A DNA stretch of 64,000 nt from Gemmatimonadota bacterium (lineage in GTDB: Bacteria; Gemmatimonadota; Gemmatimonadetes; Gemmatimonadales; GWC2-71-9). The translations under genes and the position numbers were made by a program. Position 1 is the first letter of the stretch; each line of letters starts with the position of its first letter. This document shows, piece after piece, positions 46,647 through 56,305 of the stretch. Under the pieces are notes generated by a model. The model made no database searches. It was given only the letters and a program-made list of their open reading frames with translations, and was not told where the DNA came from. The stretch spans positions 8,491 to 72,490 of the forward strand of contig JANMHX010000155.1 of the NCBI GenBank assembly GCA_031375485.1, in the 5' to 3' direction.

Positions 46647-47294
46647 CTACAAGCTGTCAGCCGGCGCCGAATCGCGCCAGGTCGTAATGGCTGCGGCAAT
46701 GGTGGTTTCGTAGTTGCCCCGGGATTCGTCGCCAAACAACGACCCTGCCGCCGCGACCTTGGCTTCGTCCTCGCCGGTCTCGAACGCCTCCAACCGGAAC
46801 GGCTCGGCGGGGAGGGCGGCATAGGTGGGGAATTGGTCCTGGATCGGGCACGCGTTCTCGATCACATCGCCGGACTCGATGACCATGCCGAGACCCATGA
46901 CCCGGCAGACGAAAGGCCGGTGCTCGTAAATCGTGCAGGCACCCTGGTCGTCGAGGGCGGGGCAGGGCTCCGTCGCGAGGGCCTCGGTCAGTTGGTCGAA
47001 TCGTGCCTCTCCGATGGCGGCGACGTCGTACGGCCGGCCCCACGACGGTTCGAGTCGGTTCATCAGGGCCACTTGGGCCTCGGCCCGGGCCAGGACGCCG
47101 GCCCGGACGGTCGAATCAAGCCGGCTCACCGCCAGTGCAACCAGGGCGGCATCCGCCACCGAGATGTCAAAGGGCCCCAGGCAACAGGCCGTGCACCCCG
47201 ACCGGCAGGGAATCACCCCGGGATGTCGGGCCGCGGCGCCGGCCTGCCACCGATCGATTTGGTTGAGGAGCGGGAGGTACCGCGGTGTGGTCAC
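46647..47294 (-). CDS. YkgJ-family cysteine-cluster (CxxCC) protein
   Basis: GTG start overlapping the DUF423 stop. CRSGCTACC, CPAL..CTIYEHRPFVCR. Confidence 0.82.
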   Translation of the reverse strand: MTTPRYLPLLNQIDRWQAGAAARHPGVIPCRSGCTACCLGPFDISVADAALVALAVSRLDSTVRAGVLARAEAQVALMNRLEPSWGRPYDVAAIGEARFDQLTEALATEPCPALDDQGACTIYEHRPFVCRVMGLGMVIESGDVIENACPIQDQFPTYAALPAEPFRLEAFETGEDEAKVAAAGSLFGDESRGNYETTIAAAITTWRDSAPADSL

Positions 47295-47677
47295 CCGGTG
47301 CGATCCATGGTGGAGGCCCCTTCGGCCATGACCAGGATCCACCCGGCGATCAGGGCGACCCCGCCGACCGGCGTGACGGCACCGAGCCACCGATGGCCGG
47401 TCAGGACCAGCGCGTAGAGGCTTCCGGAAAAGACCAGAATCCCCAATCCAAACGCTCGAGCCGCCCAGTGGAGACGGGGCGCCGGGTGCCGCTCGATCCA
47501 CGCCGCGAGGCCGAGCAGGGCCACGGCGTGGAACATCTGGTACCGGGCGGCGGTTTCGAAGATGGCGAGATCGGCGGGGGCGAGACGGGCCGCCAGCAGG
47601 TGGGCCCCGAAGGCGCCGAGCCCGACGCCTAACGCGCCGGCCAGCCCGGCCATCGCCAGGACCGTTCGGGCGTTCAC
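47291..47677 (-). CDS. DUF423/YgdD small membrane protein
   Basis: LGAFGAH, YQMFHA, FSGSLY and TPVGG. Confidence 0.9.
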   Translation of the reverse strand: MNARTVLAMAGLAGALGVGLGAFGAHLLAARLAPADLAIFETAARYQMFHAVALLGLAAWIERHPAPRLHWAARAFGLGILVFSGSLYALVLTGHRWLGAVTPVGGVALIAGWILVMAEGASTMDRTG

Positions 47678-48591
47678 TCGGTGGCGGCCGGCGTCGGCAC
47701 CTCGACCCCCATGCCCATGGCATGGTACCCGTTGTCGACGTACATGACCGTACCGGTGATCCCGGCGGCCAACGGACTGGCCAGGAACGCCGCCGCGTTC
47801 CCGACGTCGGTCGCCTCAAACTCCCGGGTCAACGGGCTGTGCTGCTTGGTGTAGCTGATCATCCGGCCGATCAACCCGATGGCGCTGGCCGCTCGGGAAG
47901 CATAGGGTCCGGCCGAAATCGTATTGACCCGGACCCCGAACCGCCGGCCGGCTTCGAAAGCCAACGTCCGGGTGTCGGACTCGAGGGCCGCCTTGGCCGA
48001 CGACATGCCGCCGCCATAGCCCGGGATGACCCGCTCGCTCGCCATGTAGGTGAGTGAGAGAAACGACCCATTCGGCCGCATCAACGGCGCCAGGTGGCGC
48101 ACCAGCGAGATGTTGCTGTAGGCGCTGACGCTGATCGCGGCCAAATAGCCCAGGCGGCTGGTGTCCAGCAGGGGCGACTTCACTTCCGGCCCGTTGGCAA
48201 GGCTGTGGATCACGATGTCGAGGCACGAAGGCCCGAAGTCGGCGGTGAGCCGGTCGGTGACGCCCCGAATCGAGAAATCGCCCCGCTCCTTATAGCGTTT
48301 GTTTTCTCGAATCTCCGGCGGGGCGTCATCCAAGACGTCGAAGGCCGCGTCGAGCGGATAGATTCGCTCGAACCCGAGCTTGGTCCCGTCGGAGAGCGTC
48401 ATCGACTCGTCCATCTTGCCGCGGTCGAGCATCTTTTCGAAAATGCCCATGGCCGGCGGCCAGGTCCCGACACACACCGTGGCGCCGGCTTCCACCAGCG
48501 CTTTGGCGATGGCAAATCCGAAGCCCCCGTCATCGGCCACTCCGGCGACGAAGGCCCGTTTGCCGCGAAGATCAATGGCGAGCATGGTCAT
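47674..48591 (-). CDS. fabI: Enoyl-ACP reductase FabI (plant/Chlamydia-like subtype)
   Basis: AGVADDGGFG, GTWPP, YPLDA, HSLANGPEV and YGGGMSSAK. Confidence 0.9.
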   Translation of the reverse strand: MTMLAIDLRGKRAFVAGVADDGGFGFAIAKALVEAGATVCVGTWPPAMGIFEKMLDRGKMDESMTLSDGTKLGFERIYPLDAAFDVLDDAPPEIRENKRYKERGDFSIRGVTDRLTADFGPSCLDIVIHSLANGPEVKSPLLDTSRLGYLAAISVSAYSNISLVRHLAPLMRPNGSFLSLTYMASERVIPGYGGGMSSAKAALESDTRTLAFEAGRRFGVRVNTISAGPYASRAASAIGLIGRMISYTKQHSPLTREFEATDVGNAAAFLASPLAAGITGTVMYVDNGYHAMGMGVEVPTPAATE

Positions 48592-48594
48592 CTC

Positions 48595-51189
48595 CTAGGT
48601 GTCGGAGCGGAGCACCGCCAGCGGCGGTCGCTTGAGAACCTCGGCGCTGCTCCAGAGTCCTACCAGCAACGTGAGGAGGACGAGCAGGGCGGTCAAGCCG
48701 GTGAGCGAACCCAACGGCAGATCATAACGAGCCTCGAAGACCCACTTGGCCAGGGCCCATCCGGCTGCGGCCGAGAGCACGATCGCCACCGTCGCGGCCA
48801 AGAGCCCGAGAGCGACGTATTCCGCCACCAGAATTCGGAGAACCTGCCTGCGGGTGGCGCCCAGGGTCTTGAGCAGGACGCCCTCACGAAGCCGTTGGAG
48901 TCGGGCGGTGGTGACCGCACCGATCAGCACGATGGTGCCGGCCGCCAAACTGAACAGGGCCAGGAACCGGACCGCGAGGGCGGCTTTGGCCAGCACTCCT
49001 TCGATGGCCTCCTGGACCTGCGAGAGATCGATGGCCGCCACGTTCGGAAATTTCTCGGCAATCTGCCGTTGGATCTGGCCCCGGACGGCGGCACTGTCGA
49101 CCCGGGTCAGGGTCACCAGCATCTGGGGGGCTTGTTCGAGCACGCCGGACTCGAAGACGATGAAGAAGTTGGTCTGGAACCGCCCCCAGTCGATTTCACG
49201 CAGGTTGACGACTTTGCTGGGTACCTGCACGCCCTGGACGTCCCAGACGATCTCGTCCCCAACCGTCACCCCGAGATCACGGGCGAGATCGGCGTCCACC
49301 GAAATCCGGGCCGGTCCGTCGCCCCGGGGGCCTGACCACCAGGTCCCGGCCACCAATTTTTCACTATCGGTGATCGAATCGCGGTAGGTGGAGCGATACT
49401 CCCGGCGAACCGCCCACCCACCCGGCCGGCGCTGGCGAGGGGCCTCTTCCTCGGCCTCGGTGGTGTCGCGGGGTACGCTGTCTTGAACCACGGGAACCCC
49501 TTTGAGCGAGGCCACCCGCATCGGGACGATCGGCACCGGGGCGCTCCCGGGATGACCGGCCGCCGTCAGAACCGAGTCGACGCCGGCCGCCTGGTCGCGC
49601 TGGATGTCGAAGAACATCAGGTTGGGACGCCCGGAGGCGCTGGTGGCCCCGCCCACTCGGAATTCGCGGAGCAGGTTGTGCTGGACCAGGAACAGGGTGG
49701 CCAACAAGAACGCGCCGAAACCGAGGGCCAGCACCACGGTTCCGGTTTGGTTCGACGGCCGGTAGAGGTTGGCCAGTCCTTGGCGGTACAGGTAGGGCAG
49801 CCGCCGCGGAAACCACCGGCGGAGGGCCCCGATCAGCCCGAGCGAGGCGAGCCAGAGGACCAAGACCACGACCCCGACGCCGCCGGCGAAAATCGCCCCG
49901 TCGCGGAGGTTCTGGACCTGAACCGCCGAGAGTCCGACGACGCTCAACGCCAGGAGCCCAAACGCGGCCCAGGCCAACGGGTCGGCCCGGCCCGGGGCGG
50001 CCTCGTACGCACTCCTGAGGGTCACCAGCGGCGAGACCCGCCGGACGCCGAGCAAAGGCAACAAGGCAAAGACGAGAGCCACCCAGAGTCCGAGCCCGAT
50101 CCCGACGATCAGGGGTTGGGGCGCCATGGCGACCTTGACATCGACCGGCAGGAAATCCTTCACCAAGAACGGCAAGACCTGTTGAATCCCGACCCCGAGG
50201 GCCGCGCCGACCAGGCTGCCTAACGCCCCCATGGCGAGCGCCTGGACCAGATAGGCCAGGAACACCTGGCCCGACGTGGCGCCCAGGCACCGCAGGACGG
50301 CAATGGTGTCGAGTTTTTTCCGGATGAACAAATGGGTGGCACTGGCCACGCCGAGGCCGCCGAGCAACAGGGCCACCAAGGCGACCAACCCGAGGTAGTT
50401 GCCGAGCCTAGTCAGCGAGTCGGTGAGGTTCTCGCGGTCGTCTTCCACCGTCCGGATCCGGTAGCGGATTTCGCGAAGCGGCACCCGCCGCTGGTCGGCA
50501 ATGGTTTGGGCCTTCGACGGATCGGGGAGCTTGACGAACAATTCGTACTCGGCCCGCGATCCGAACTGGAGCAGGTTGGTGGCCGGCAGATCGGACGCCG
50601 CAATGAACACCCGGGGGCCGATCGAGGTGGCCACGCCGACGTCGCCCGGAATGTTGCTGACGGTGGCGTCGATGACGAATCGGCCTTGGCCGAGACTCAG
50701 GGTGTCGCCGATCTCGGCTTTGAGAGCGGTCAGCAGGGATGGATCGACCACGGCACGACCGCCCATGGCCACGGAGCCCCAGCGTCCGGCGGGCGAGGTG
50801 ATGATATCGCCGTAGTAGGGATACCCGGGCTCCAGGGCCCGGACCTGGACCAGGCGCACCCCCGAAGTCCGCGCGACATACGCCATCCCGGCAAAACTGG
50901 TGACCCGCGCGGCGGCCCCCCGGGTGCCCGTGGCCGAGTCGCCCTTGATCAGGGTATCGACGAGCCGCTCGATCTGATCGGGAAACGCCTTCCGGCCCGA
51001 AATCGCGACGTCGGCGCCGAGCAGGGCCTTGGCCTGGGAACTCACCGAAGTTCGGAGGTTGTCGGTGAAGCCGTTGATGGCCACCAACGCGGCGACCCCG
51101 GCCGCCACCGAGCCCACCAACAGGCTCAGGCGGCGGCGGGACGCCCGGGTTTCCCGCCACGCCAATTTGAAGACGAACTTGAGGTTCAT
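48595..51189 (-). CDS. ybbP: ABC transporter permease, YbbP-like
   Basis: AWRETR, ALLGAD, GYPYYG, PNLMFFDIQ and IDWGRFQTNF. Confidence 0.88.
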   Translation of the reverse strand: MNLKFVFKLAWRETRASRRRLSLLVGSVAAGVAALVAINGFTDNLRTSVSSQAKALLGADVAISGRKAFPDQIERLVDTLIKGDSATGTRGAAARVTSFAGMAYVARTSGVRLVQVRALEPGYPYYGDIITSPAGRWGSVAMGGRAVVDPSLLTALKAEIGDTLSLGQGRFVIDATVSNIPGDVGVATSIGPRVFIAASDLPATNLLQFGSRAEYELFVKLPDPSKAQTIADQRRVPLREIRYRIRTVEDDRENLTDSLTRLGNYLGLVALVALLLGGLGVASATHLFIRKKLDTIAVLRCLGATSGQVFLAYLVQALAMGALGSLVGAALGVGIQQVLPFLVKDFLPVDVKVAMAPQPLIVGIGLGLWVALVFALLPLLGVRRVSPLVTLRSAYEAAPGRADPLAWAAFGLLALSVVGLSAVQVQNLRDGAIFAGGVGVVVLVLWLASLGLIGALRRWFPRRLPYLYRQGLANLYRPSNQTGTVVLALGFGAFLLATLFLVQHNLLREFRVGGATSASGRPNLMFFDIQRDQAAGVDSVLTAAGHPGSAPVPIVPMRVASLKGVPVVQDSVPRDTTEAEEEAPRQRRPGGWAVRREYRSTYRDSITDSEKLVAGTWWSGPRGDGPARISVDADLARDLGVTVGDEIVWDVQGVQVPSKVVNLREIDWGRFQTNFFIVFESGVLEQAPQMLVTLTRVDSAAVRGQIQRQIAEKFPNVAAIDLSQVQEAIEGVLAKAALAVRFLALFSLAAGTIVLIGAVTTARLQRLREGVLLKTLGATRRQVLRILVAEYVALGLLAATVAIVLSAAAGWALAKWVFEARYDLPLGSLTGLTALLVLLTLLVGLWSSAEVLKRPPLAVLRSDT

Positions 51190-51878
51190 GGGATGGTCAC
51201 GTCTTCGACCACGTTGCCGTCGGCCAGCCGGATCATCCGGTGGGCCTTCGAAGCCAACTCCCGGTCGTGGGTGACCATGATCAGGGTCGTCCCCAACTCC
51301 CGATTGAGCCCCATCATCAGCTCGATGATACTGGACCCATTCTTGGCGTCGAGGTTCCCGGTTGGCTCATCGGCAAAGAGGACCTGGGGCCGGGACGCAA
51401 AGGCCCGGGCCAACGCCACCCGTTGCTGCTCCCCGCCCGAGAGCTGGGCCGGATAATGGTGGCCTCGGTCGCCGAGGCCCACCCGGCTCAACAGGTCCTG
51501 GGCTCGTTCTTCGGCCGGCTCATCCCGGAGCTCGAGCGGAACCTGGACGTTTTCGCGGGCGGTCAGGGTCGGGATCAGGTGGAAGGACTGAAACACGAAC
51601 CCCACCTTCTGGGACCGAAGGATGGCTCGTTCGTCCTCCGTCATGCCCCCGAGGTCGTGTCCGTCGAGCTCGATAGTGCCCGAGCTCGGGCGGTCCAACC
51701 CGGCCAAGAGGCCGAGCAGGGTGGTCTTGCCGCTCCCAGAGGGGCCGACGATCGCGAGGAAGCCACCGCGTTCGAGGGTGAACGTGATATTGTTCAGGAC
51801 CGTAAGGTTCCGACCCCCCGACACGTAGGTCTGGGTGAGTCCCTGGCACTTGAGCATTGGGTCAGTCGATATGTTCAT
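51186..51878 (-). CDS. ybbA: ABC transporter ATP-binding protein, YbbA-like
   Basis: GPSGSGKTT, LSGGEQQRV and ADEPTGNLD. Start is 51878 or 51857. Confidence 0.92.
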   Translation of the reverse strand: MNISTDPMLKCQGLTQTYVSGGRNLTVLNNITFTLERGGFLAIVGPSGSGKTTLLGLLAGLDRPSSGTIELDGHDLGGMTEDERAILRSQKVGFVFQSFHLIPTLTARENVQVPLELRDEPAEERAQDLLSRVGLGDRGHHYPAQLSGGEQQRVALARAFASRPQVLFADEPTGNLDAKNGSSIIELMMGLNRELGTTLIMVTHDRELASKAHRMIRLADGNVVEDVTIP

Positions 51879-52608
51879 ACGTGGCTCAATGATAGTGAGA
51901 TGCGCCCTCGGTTTCAGCGCCGCCGCCGGCCTGGTCGGGGGCTGCGGAAACCCGGGCCGGACCCCTCCTCCGGCCGAGCCTGCCGCGGCCCAGCCGGTTC
52001 GGGAGCCGCCGACGATGGTCGGGGTCCCGGAAGACTCCACTCCCCTGATTGTGTTCGTCGGGACCAGCCTGACGGCTGGCTATGGGTTGTCCGACCCCAA
52101 GCTCGCCTATCCGGCCCTGATTCAGCGAAAAATCGACTCTCTCGGCTTGGGTTACCGCACCGTCAACGCGGGGGTTAGCGGGGAAACCTCGGCTGGGGCC
52201 CTTCGGCGGATGGGCTGGGTGCTCGATCGGGGCAACATTGCCGTGGTCATGGTTGAAACCGGGGCCAACGACGGCCTTCGGGGGCAGGATCCCGACAGTA
52301 CCCGGGCCAACATCCAAGCGATTTTCGACCGGGTTCGGGCCCTTGATCCCGCGCCCAAGTTGGTGCTCACCGGCATGGAGGCGATGCCGAACTTGGGCCA
52401 GGCCTATATCACCAAGTTCCGGACCATGTTCCCGGAGTTGGCCCGGACCAACGGGGCGTCGTTCATCCCGTTTCTGTTGGAGGGGGTGGCGGGGGTTGAT
52501 TCATTGAACCAGGCTGACGGGATTCACCCGACACCCCGGGGTCAGGAACTGGTTGCGGCCACGGTCTGGAAGGCGATCCGCCCGCTCCTTACCGCGCCGT
52601 CACGATGA
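51871..52608 (+). CDS. tesA: Arylesterase/acyl-CoA thioesterase I (SGNH), probable lipoprotein
   Basis: GTSLTAG, NAGVSGETS, ETGANDGLRG and DGIHP. Head-to-head with ybbA as in E. coli; start 51871 or 51889. Confidence 0.88.
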   Translation: MFIRGSMIVRCALGFSAAAGLVGGCGNPGRTPPPAEPAAAQPVREPPTMVGVPEDSTPLIVFVGTSLTAGYGLSDPKLAYPALIQRKIDSLGLGYRTVNAGVSGETSAGALRRMGWVLDRGNIAVVMVETGANDGLRGQDPDSTRANIQAIFDRVRALDPAPKLVLTGMEAMPNLGQAYITKFRTMFPELARTNGASFIPFLLEGVAGVDSLNQADGIHPTPRGQELVAATVWKAIRPLLTAPSR

Positions 52609-54733
52609 AGGTGACCGTCCCGAGCGAGGTCGTCGCCTGAAACCGCTGGGGCCCCAGGGCCGGGCCCAGGCGGATCGTCGTGGACGCGAGCCCGTAGGAG
52701 TCAGTTCCCGAGAGCGGTCCCACCGAGCCCCCGTCGAGGGCCGCCCAGCTGACGGTTTCATCACCCACCGGGTTGTTGAAGGCATCCAGGATCAGCACTT
52801 GAAGCGACAGGGCCGGGGTCGAGCCGGCCGGGGCCGACTGGTTGTCGCCGCTCGCGATCACGATCTGAGAGGCCGGACCAGCCTCGATGGTAAACGAGAA
52901 GTTCGCCACCAGTCCCGAGGCTTGGTGGCGGGCCTGAATCCGCGAAGTCCCGCTCTTGGTGCCCGCCGTGTAGACCACCCCCGCCGCACCGAATGAGTCG
53001 GTCGTTGTGTTCGTTGCCGACAGGCTCCCGCCACCTTCCAGGATTTGCCAGGTCAACGGGGCGGCCGGAATGCCGGACCCAAAATCAGTCAGCTGAGCCA
53101 CGGCGGGGTCGAAGAGCGGCAAGGTTACGTTGCCAAACTGGTCGCCGCCGCTCAGGGGCACGAGTCCGGTGGCAGCGGGATTCGACCGGAGGTTGAACGT
53201 AGTGTTCAGCGCGCCGCTCGCGGCCCGGATCGCGACGTCCGAGGTGTTGAGCGGTGCATAGTCGACCGAGGCCAGCCCATCTTCGCCCGACGTCGTGAAC
53301 GGGGCACTGAGGGTTCCGGTGCCCGTGGTGAACACCCACGTCACGTTGACCCCCGGCACCGGGTTGCCGAAAGCGTCGCTCAGGCGAACCCGGGGCGTCG
53401 CGGGGAATCCGGGCAAACCGGCGTCGCCGCTGAAGATCTGCAACGAGGTGGCCGGGCCGGCGGTGCCGAACGATACGAACCGGACCTGAACCGGCGCGGT
53501 CGGGCCCGGGATCGTGGCGCGAACCAGGTTCACCCCTTCCCGGGTACCCGTCGTGGCCGTCATCGAGGTAAGACCCTGCGCATCGCTGTTGGAACTATTG
53601 GCGCCGACTACCCCGCCGCCGGCAACGACCGACCAGGTGACCTTTTCTCCGCTGACCGGAAATCCGGCGGTGTCGGTGACCTGCACTACCATGAGTTGGG
53701 ACGGCGCGGTGTTGACCCGGGCGAACTGGGCCCCGCCCGACCGATAGAGCAACCGGGCAGCCGGTCCCGCGGTGGCCAGCGCCGTCAGGGTGAGCGGCGG
53801 CAGACCGAGCACGGTCGCTTCGTAGCTGTTGGCGCCGAGTGAGGCGCCTAACGACATCGGGCTCGCGGCCACCCCTTGGGCGTTGGTTTGGACCACCGAG
53901 TCGCGGATCGAACCACCGCCGGCCGTGGTCCGAAACCGGACCGCCACGCCCGCCACCGGGAGCGAATCGGCCGCCTTGACCAACACCGCGAACGCCGTCG
54001 GGAGGACGGCCGAGGGCCGGCCGGTCTGGTTGCCGCCGGCAATGACGCTCACGGCGACCGGTTTGGCGACGAAGGTGAGATTGGCCGAGTCGGCCAACCC
54101 GGTCGGGAGAGTGGCAATGACCCGAATGGTGACCCGGCGGAGCGGCGCCACGAGGGCCCCGGCTTGGTTGATCTGGACCAACGGGTCGGTTGTCGACCAG
54201 GTGACCGGAAAGCTGGTGACCGGGGCGCCCTGGGCGTCGAGTGCGGTGAGACGCATCGCGAGCGGATCGCCGAGGACCAGAGTCGAGTCGCGCGGACCGA
54301 CTCGGAGGGTCCGAATGTTGGCGCCGGGCCCCACGTAGCGGAGCACCAGGTTCGGGGTGGCTGCCGGTCCGGAGCCCAAGGCCACCACCAGCACGGTGTC
54401 GGACCCGGAGTAGTAGAGTTGGGTGTCGCGGAGGAGGTCGACGGTGACGCCGAGTCGTTCCGACCGGGCTTTGAGGGTGACCCGAAGCCGGAGGTTCAAC
54501 TGCGAATTGTCGATCGGAAAGGCCACCGTGGTGTCGAGCACCCGCTCGGCCGGCGCCCGCCCGATGCGGATTCTGACCTGGTTGATCGAGGGCACCGGGG
54601 CCGCCGCCTGAATCGTCGGCGCCAACCGAAGCTCGGCGGTGAATCGTTCCGGCTGGCCGGGCGAGTCGCTGCAGGCGGCCACGAGGCCGCCGAGGATCAC
54701 GGCGCGGCCGGCGTTCCGGACCCGGTTAGGCAT
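52589..54733 (-). CDS. Surface lipoprotein with tandem bacterial Ig-like (Big_1/invasin-type) repeats
   Basis: Lipobox VAAC. Repeated units GGNQTG..VxDxxGxPVxGxxVTW..T(D/N)xxG. Confidence 0.8.
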   Translation of the reverse strand: MPNRVRNAGRAVILGGLVAACSDSPGQPERFTAELRLAPTIQAAAPVPSINQVRIRIGRAPAERVLDTTVAFPIDNSQLNLRLRVTLKARSERLGVTVDLLRDTQLYYSGSDTVLVVALGSGPAATPNLVLRYVGPGANIRTLRVGPRDSTLVLGDPLAMRLTALDAQGAPVTSFPVTWSTTDPLVQINQAGALVAPLRRVTIRVIATLPTGLADSANLTFVAKPVAVSVIAGGNQTGRPSAVLPTAFAVLVKAADSLPVAGVAVRFRTTAGGGSIRDSVVQTNAQGVAASPMSLGASLGANSYEATVLGLPPLTLTALATAGPAARLLYRSGGAQFARVNTAPSQLMVVQVTDTAGFPVSGEKVTWSVVAGGGVVGANSSNSDAQGLTSMTATTGTREGVNLVRATIPGPTAPVQVRFVSFGTAGPATSLQIFSGDAGLPGFPATPRVRLSDAFGNPVPGVNVTWVFTTGTGTLSAPFTTSGEDGLASVDYAPLNTSDVAIRAASGALNTTFNLRSNPAATGLVPLSGGDQFGNVTLPLFDPAVAQLTDFGSGIPAAPLTWQILEGGGSLSATNTTTDSFGAAGVVYTAGTKSGTSRIQARHQASGLVANFSFTIEAGPASQIVIASGDNQSAPAGSTPALSLQVLILDAFNNPVGDETVSWAALDGGSVGPLSGTDSYGLASTTIRLGPALGPQRFQATTSLGTVTFIVTAR

Positions 54734-56222
54734 CGATCAGGCCCTGCACCGCCCGGGCCAGTTGGTCCGGGGAAAACGGTTTGGTGAGATGGGCCCGGGG
54801 CGCGAGTCCGTCGGGGCGGGCCGGGGCGCCGGAAATGAACAGGATCTTGAGGTGGGGCCAGTCGGCAATCAGTTCCTCGGCCAAGCCGGTGCCGTGCTGG
54901 CCCGGCAGGATCATGTCGGTGACCAATACCGAGATTTCATTGCCTCGCTCCGCGGCGACGGTGGTGGCCTCCGCCGCACTGGCCGCGGCAACGACCCGGT
55001 ATCCGAACAATTCGAGCCCCCGCCGAGCCACTTCGAGGACGCCGGGGTCGTCGTCGACCAACAGGACGGTTTCCGATCCCTGGCGAGGCAACGCCGGCTC
55101 CGGTTCGGTCCCCTCGGCGACGGTCATCGCTTCCGGCAGGGCCTGGAAGTGGATCTCCACCGAGGTGCCGCTGTTGGGCTGGCTCCGGACCCAGAGCAGG
55201 CCGCCGGTTTCCCGGACGATCTGCTGGACGGTGGTGAGGCCCAAGCCCCGCGCGCCCGGTGCCTCCTTGGTGGTGAAGAACGGCTGAAACAGTTGGGCCT
55301 TGGTTTCGGCATCCATCCCGACCCCGGTGTCGGTGACGGTCATGACCACGTACTCGCCTAACCGGCCGTCGAGGCCACCGTCGTCAAGCCGCTCACCGGG
55401 CCCGACCGAGTGCGAGCCGATCGTCAGGGTGCCGCCGCTCGGCATCGCGTCCCGGGCGTTCACCACCAAGTTGATCAGAATGTGCTGCAGCTCGGCGCGG
55501 TCGGCATAGACCGGTGGCAGACCCTCCGAGAGGTCGAGGGCCAGGATCAGGTCGGGTCCGAGGAGGGCCTCGAGCAGCCCGTGCCAGTGGAGGATCACGG
55601 CGTTCAGATCGACCGGCCCGCGGGTGGTCGGCCGTCGCCGAGAAAAGTCGAGCAGCTCCTGGAACAGGGAACTCGCCCGCCGGGCGGCCCGTTCGATCGT
55701 GAGGAGGTCCGACGGGCGGTCGGCCAAACTGGCGGAGGTGGTGCCCAACAGGTTGGAGAATCCGGCAATGACCTGGACGGCGTCGTTCAGTTCGTGGGAA
55801 ATCCCATCGGCCAGCTGGGTGACGGCATCGAGCCGCTGCGAGTGCCAGAGCCGGTGCTCGAGGCGTTTCCGATGGCGGAGATCTTGGGCCGACACGACGT
55901 AGAGCGTTCCCGCGGCCTGCTTGACCGGGATGACGGACAGATCGATCGGGACCGTCCCGCCGCTCGCGGTGTGGCAGGTTGCCTCTCCCCGGAAGGGTTG
56001 GTCCTGCCGGAGGGCGTTCCGGAGCCGTTCGACCACCAGCGGTTCGTCGAGGATCGTGACGAGCTGATCGATGCCCTTCCCATCGAGGTCCGAGAGCGGG
56101 ACCCCGACCAGATTGGCAAAGGCCTGATTGGCGAAGCGAACCTGGTCTCGGTCAATAACGAGAAGCGGTTCCGTCGCGTGCTCGGCGGCCAGCTGGGAGG
56201 GAGACTCCACCTCGGCGCTCAT
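54726..56222 (-). CDS. Cytoplasmic PAS hybrid histidine kinase/receiver (CckA-like)
   Basis: PAS domain, H-box SHELND, NLVVNARDAM, DTGVGM, PFFTTK; receiver LLVDDD..TDMILP..KPF. Confidence 0.9.
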   Translation of the reverse strand: MSAEVESPSQLAAEHATEPLLVIDRDQVRFANQAFANLVGVPLSDLDGKGIDQLVTILDEPLVVERLRNALRQDQPFRGEATCHTASGGTVPIDLSVIPVKQAAGTLYVVSAQDLRHRKRLEHRLWHSQRLDAVTQLADGISHELNDAVQVIAGFSNLLGTTSASLADRPSDLLTIERAARRASSLFQELLDFSRRRPTTRGPVDLNAVILHWHGLLEALLGPDLILALDLSEGLPPVYADRAELQHILINLVVNARDAMPSGGTLTIGSHSVGPGERLDDGGLDGRLGEYVVMTVTDTGVGMDAETKAQLFQPFFTTKEAPGARGLGLTTVQQIVRETGGLLWVRSQPNSGTSVEIHFQALPEAMTVAEGTEPEPALPRQGSETVLLVDDDPGVLEVARRGLELFGYRVVAAASAAEATTVAAERGNEISVLVTDMILPGQHGTGLAEELIADWPHLKILFISGAPARPDGLAPRAHLTKPFSPDQLARAVQGLIDA

Positions 56223-56240
56223 GGGCTCGGTTTCACGATA

Positions 56241-56299
56241 ATTATAAGGATAGAGGTGCCCTCACCGGTTGACCAGCGTCTCGGGCTCTCCCTTATCTT
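56241..56299. promoter_or_regulatory. Divergent promoters for the kinase and AI-2E genes
   Basis: TATAAT on the minus strand (56241-56246). TTGACC-N19-TATCTT on the plus strand, ending 6 nt before the ATG. Confidence 0.5.
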
Positions 56300-56305
56300 C
56301 CGGCC

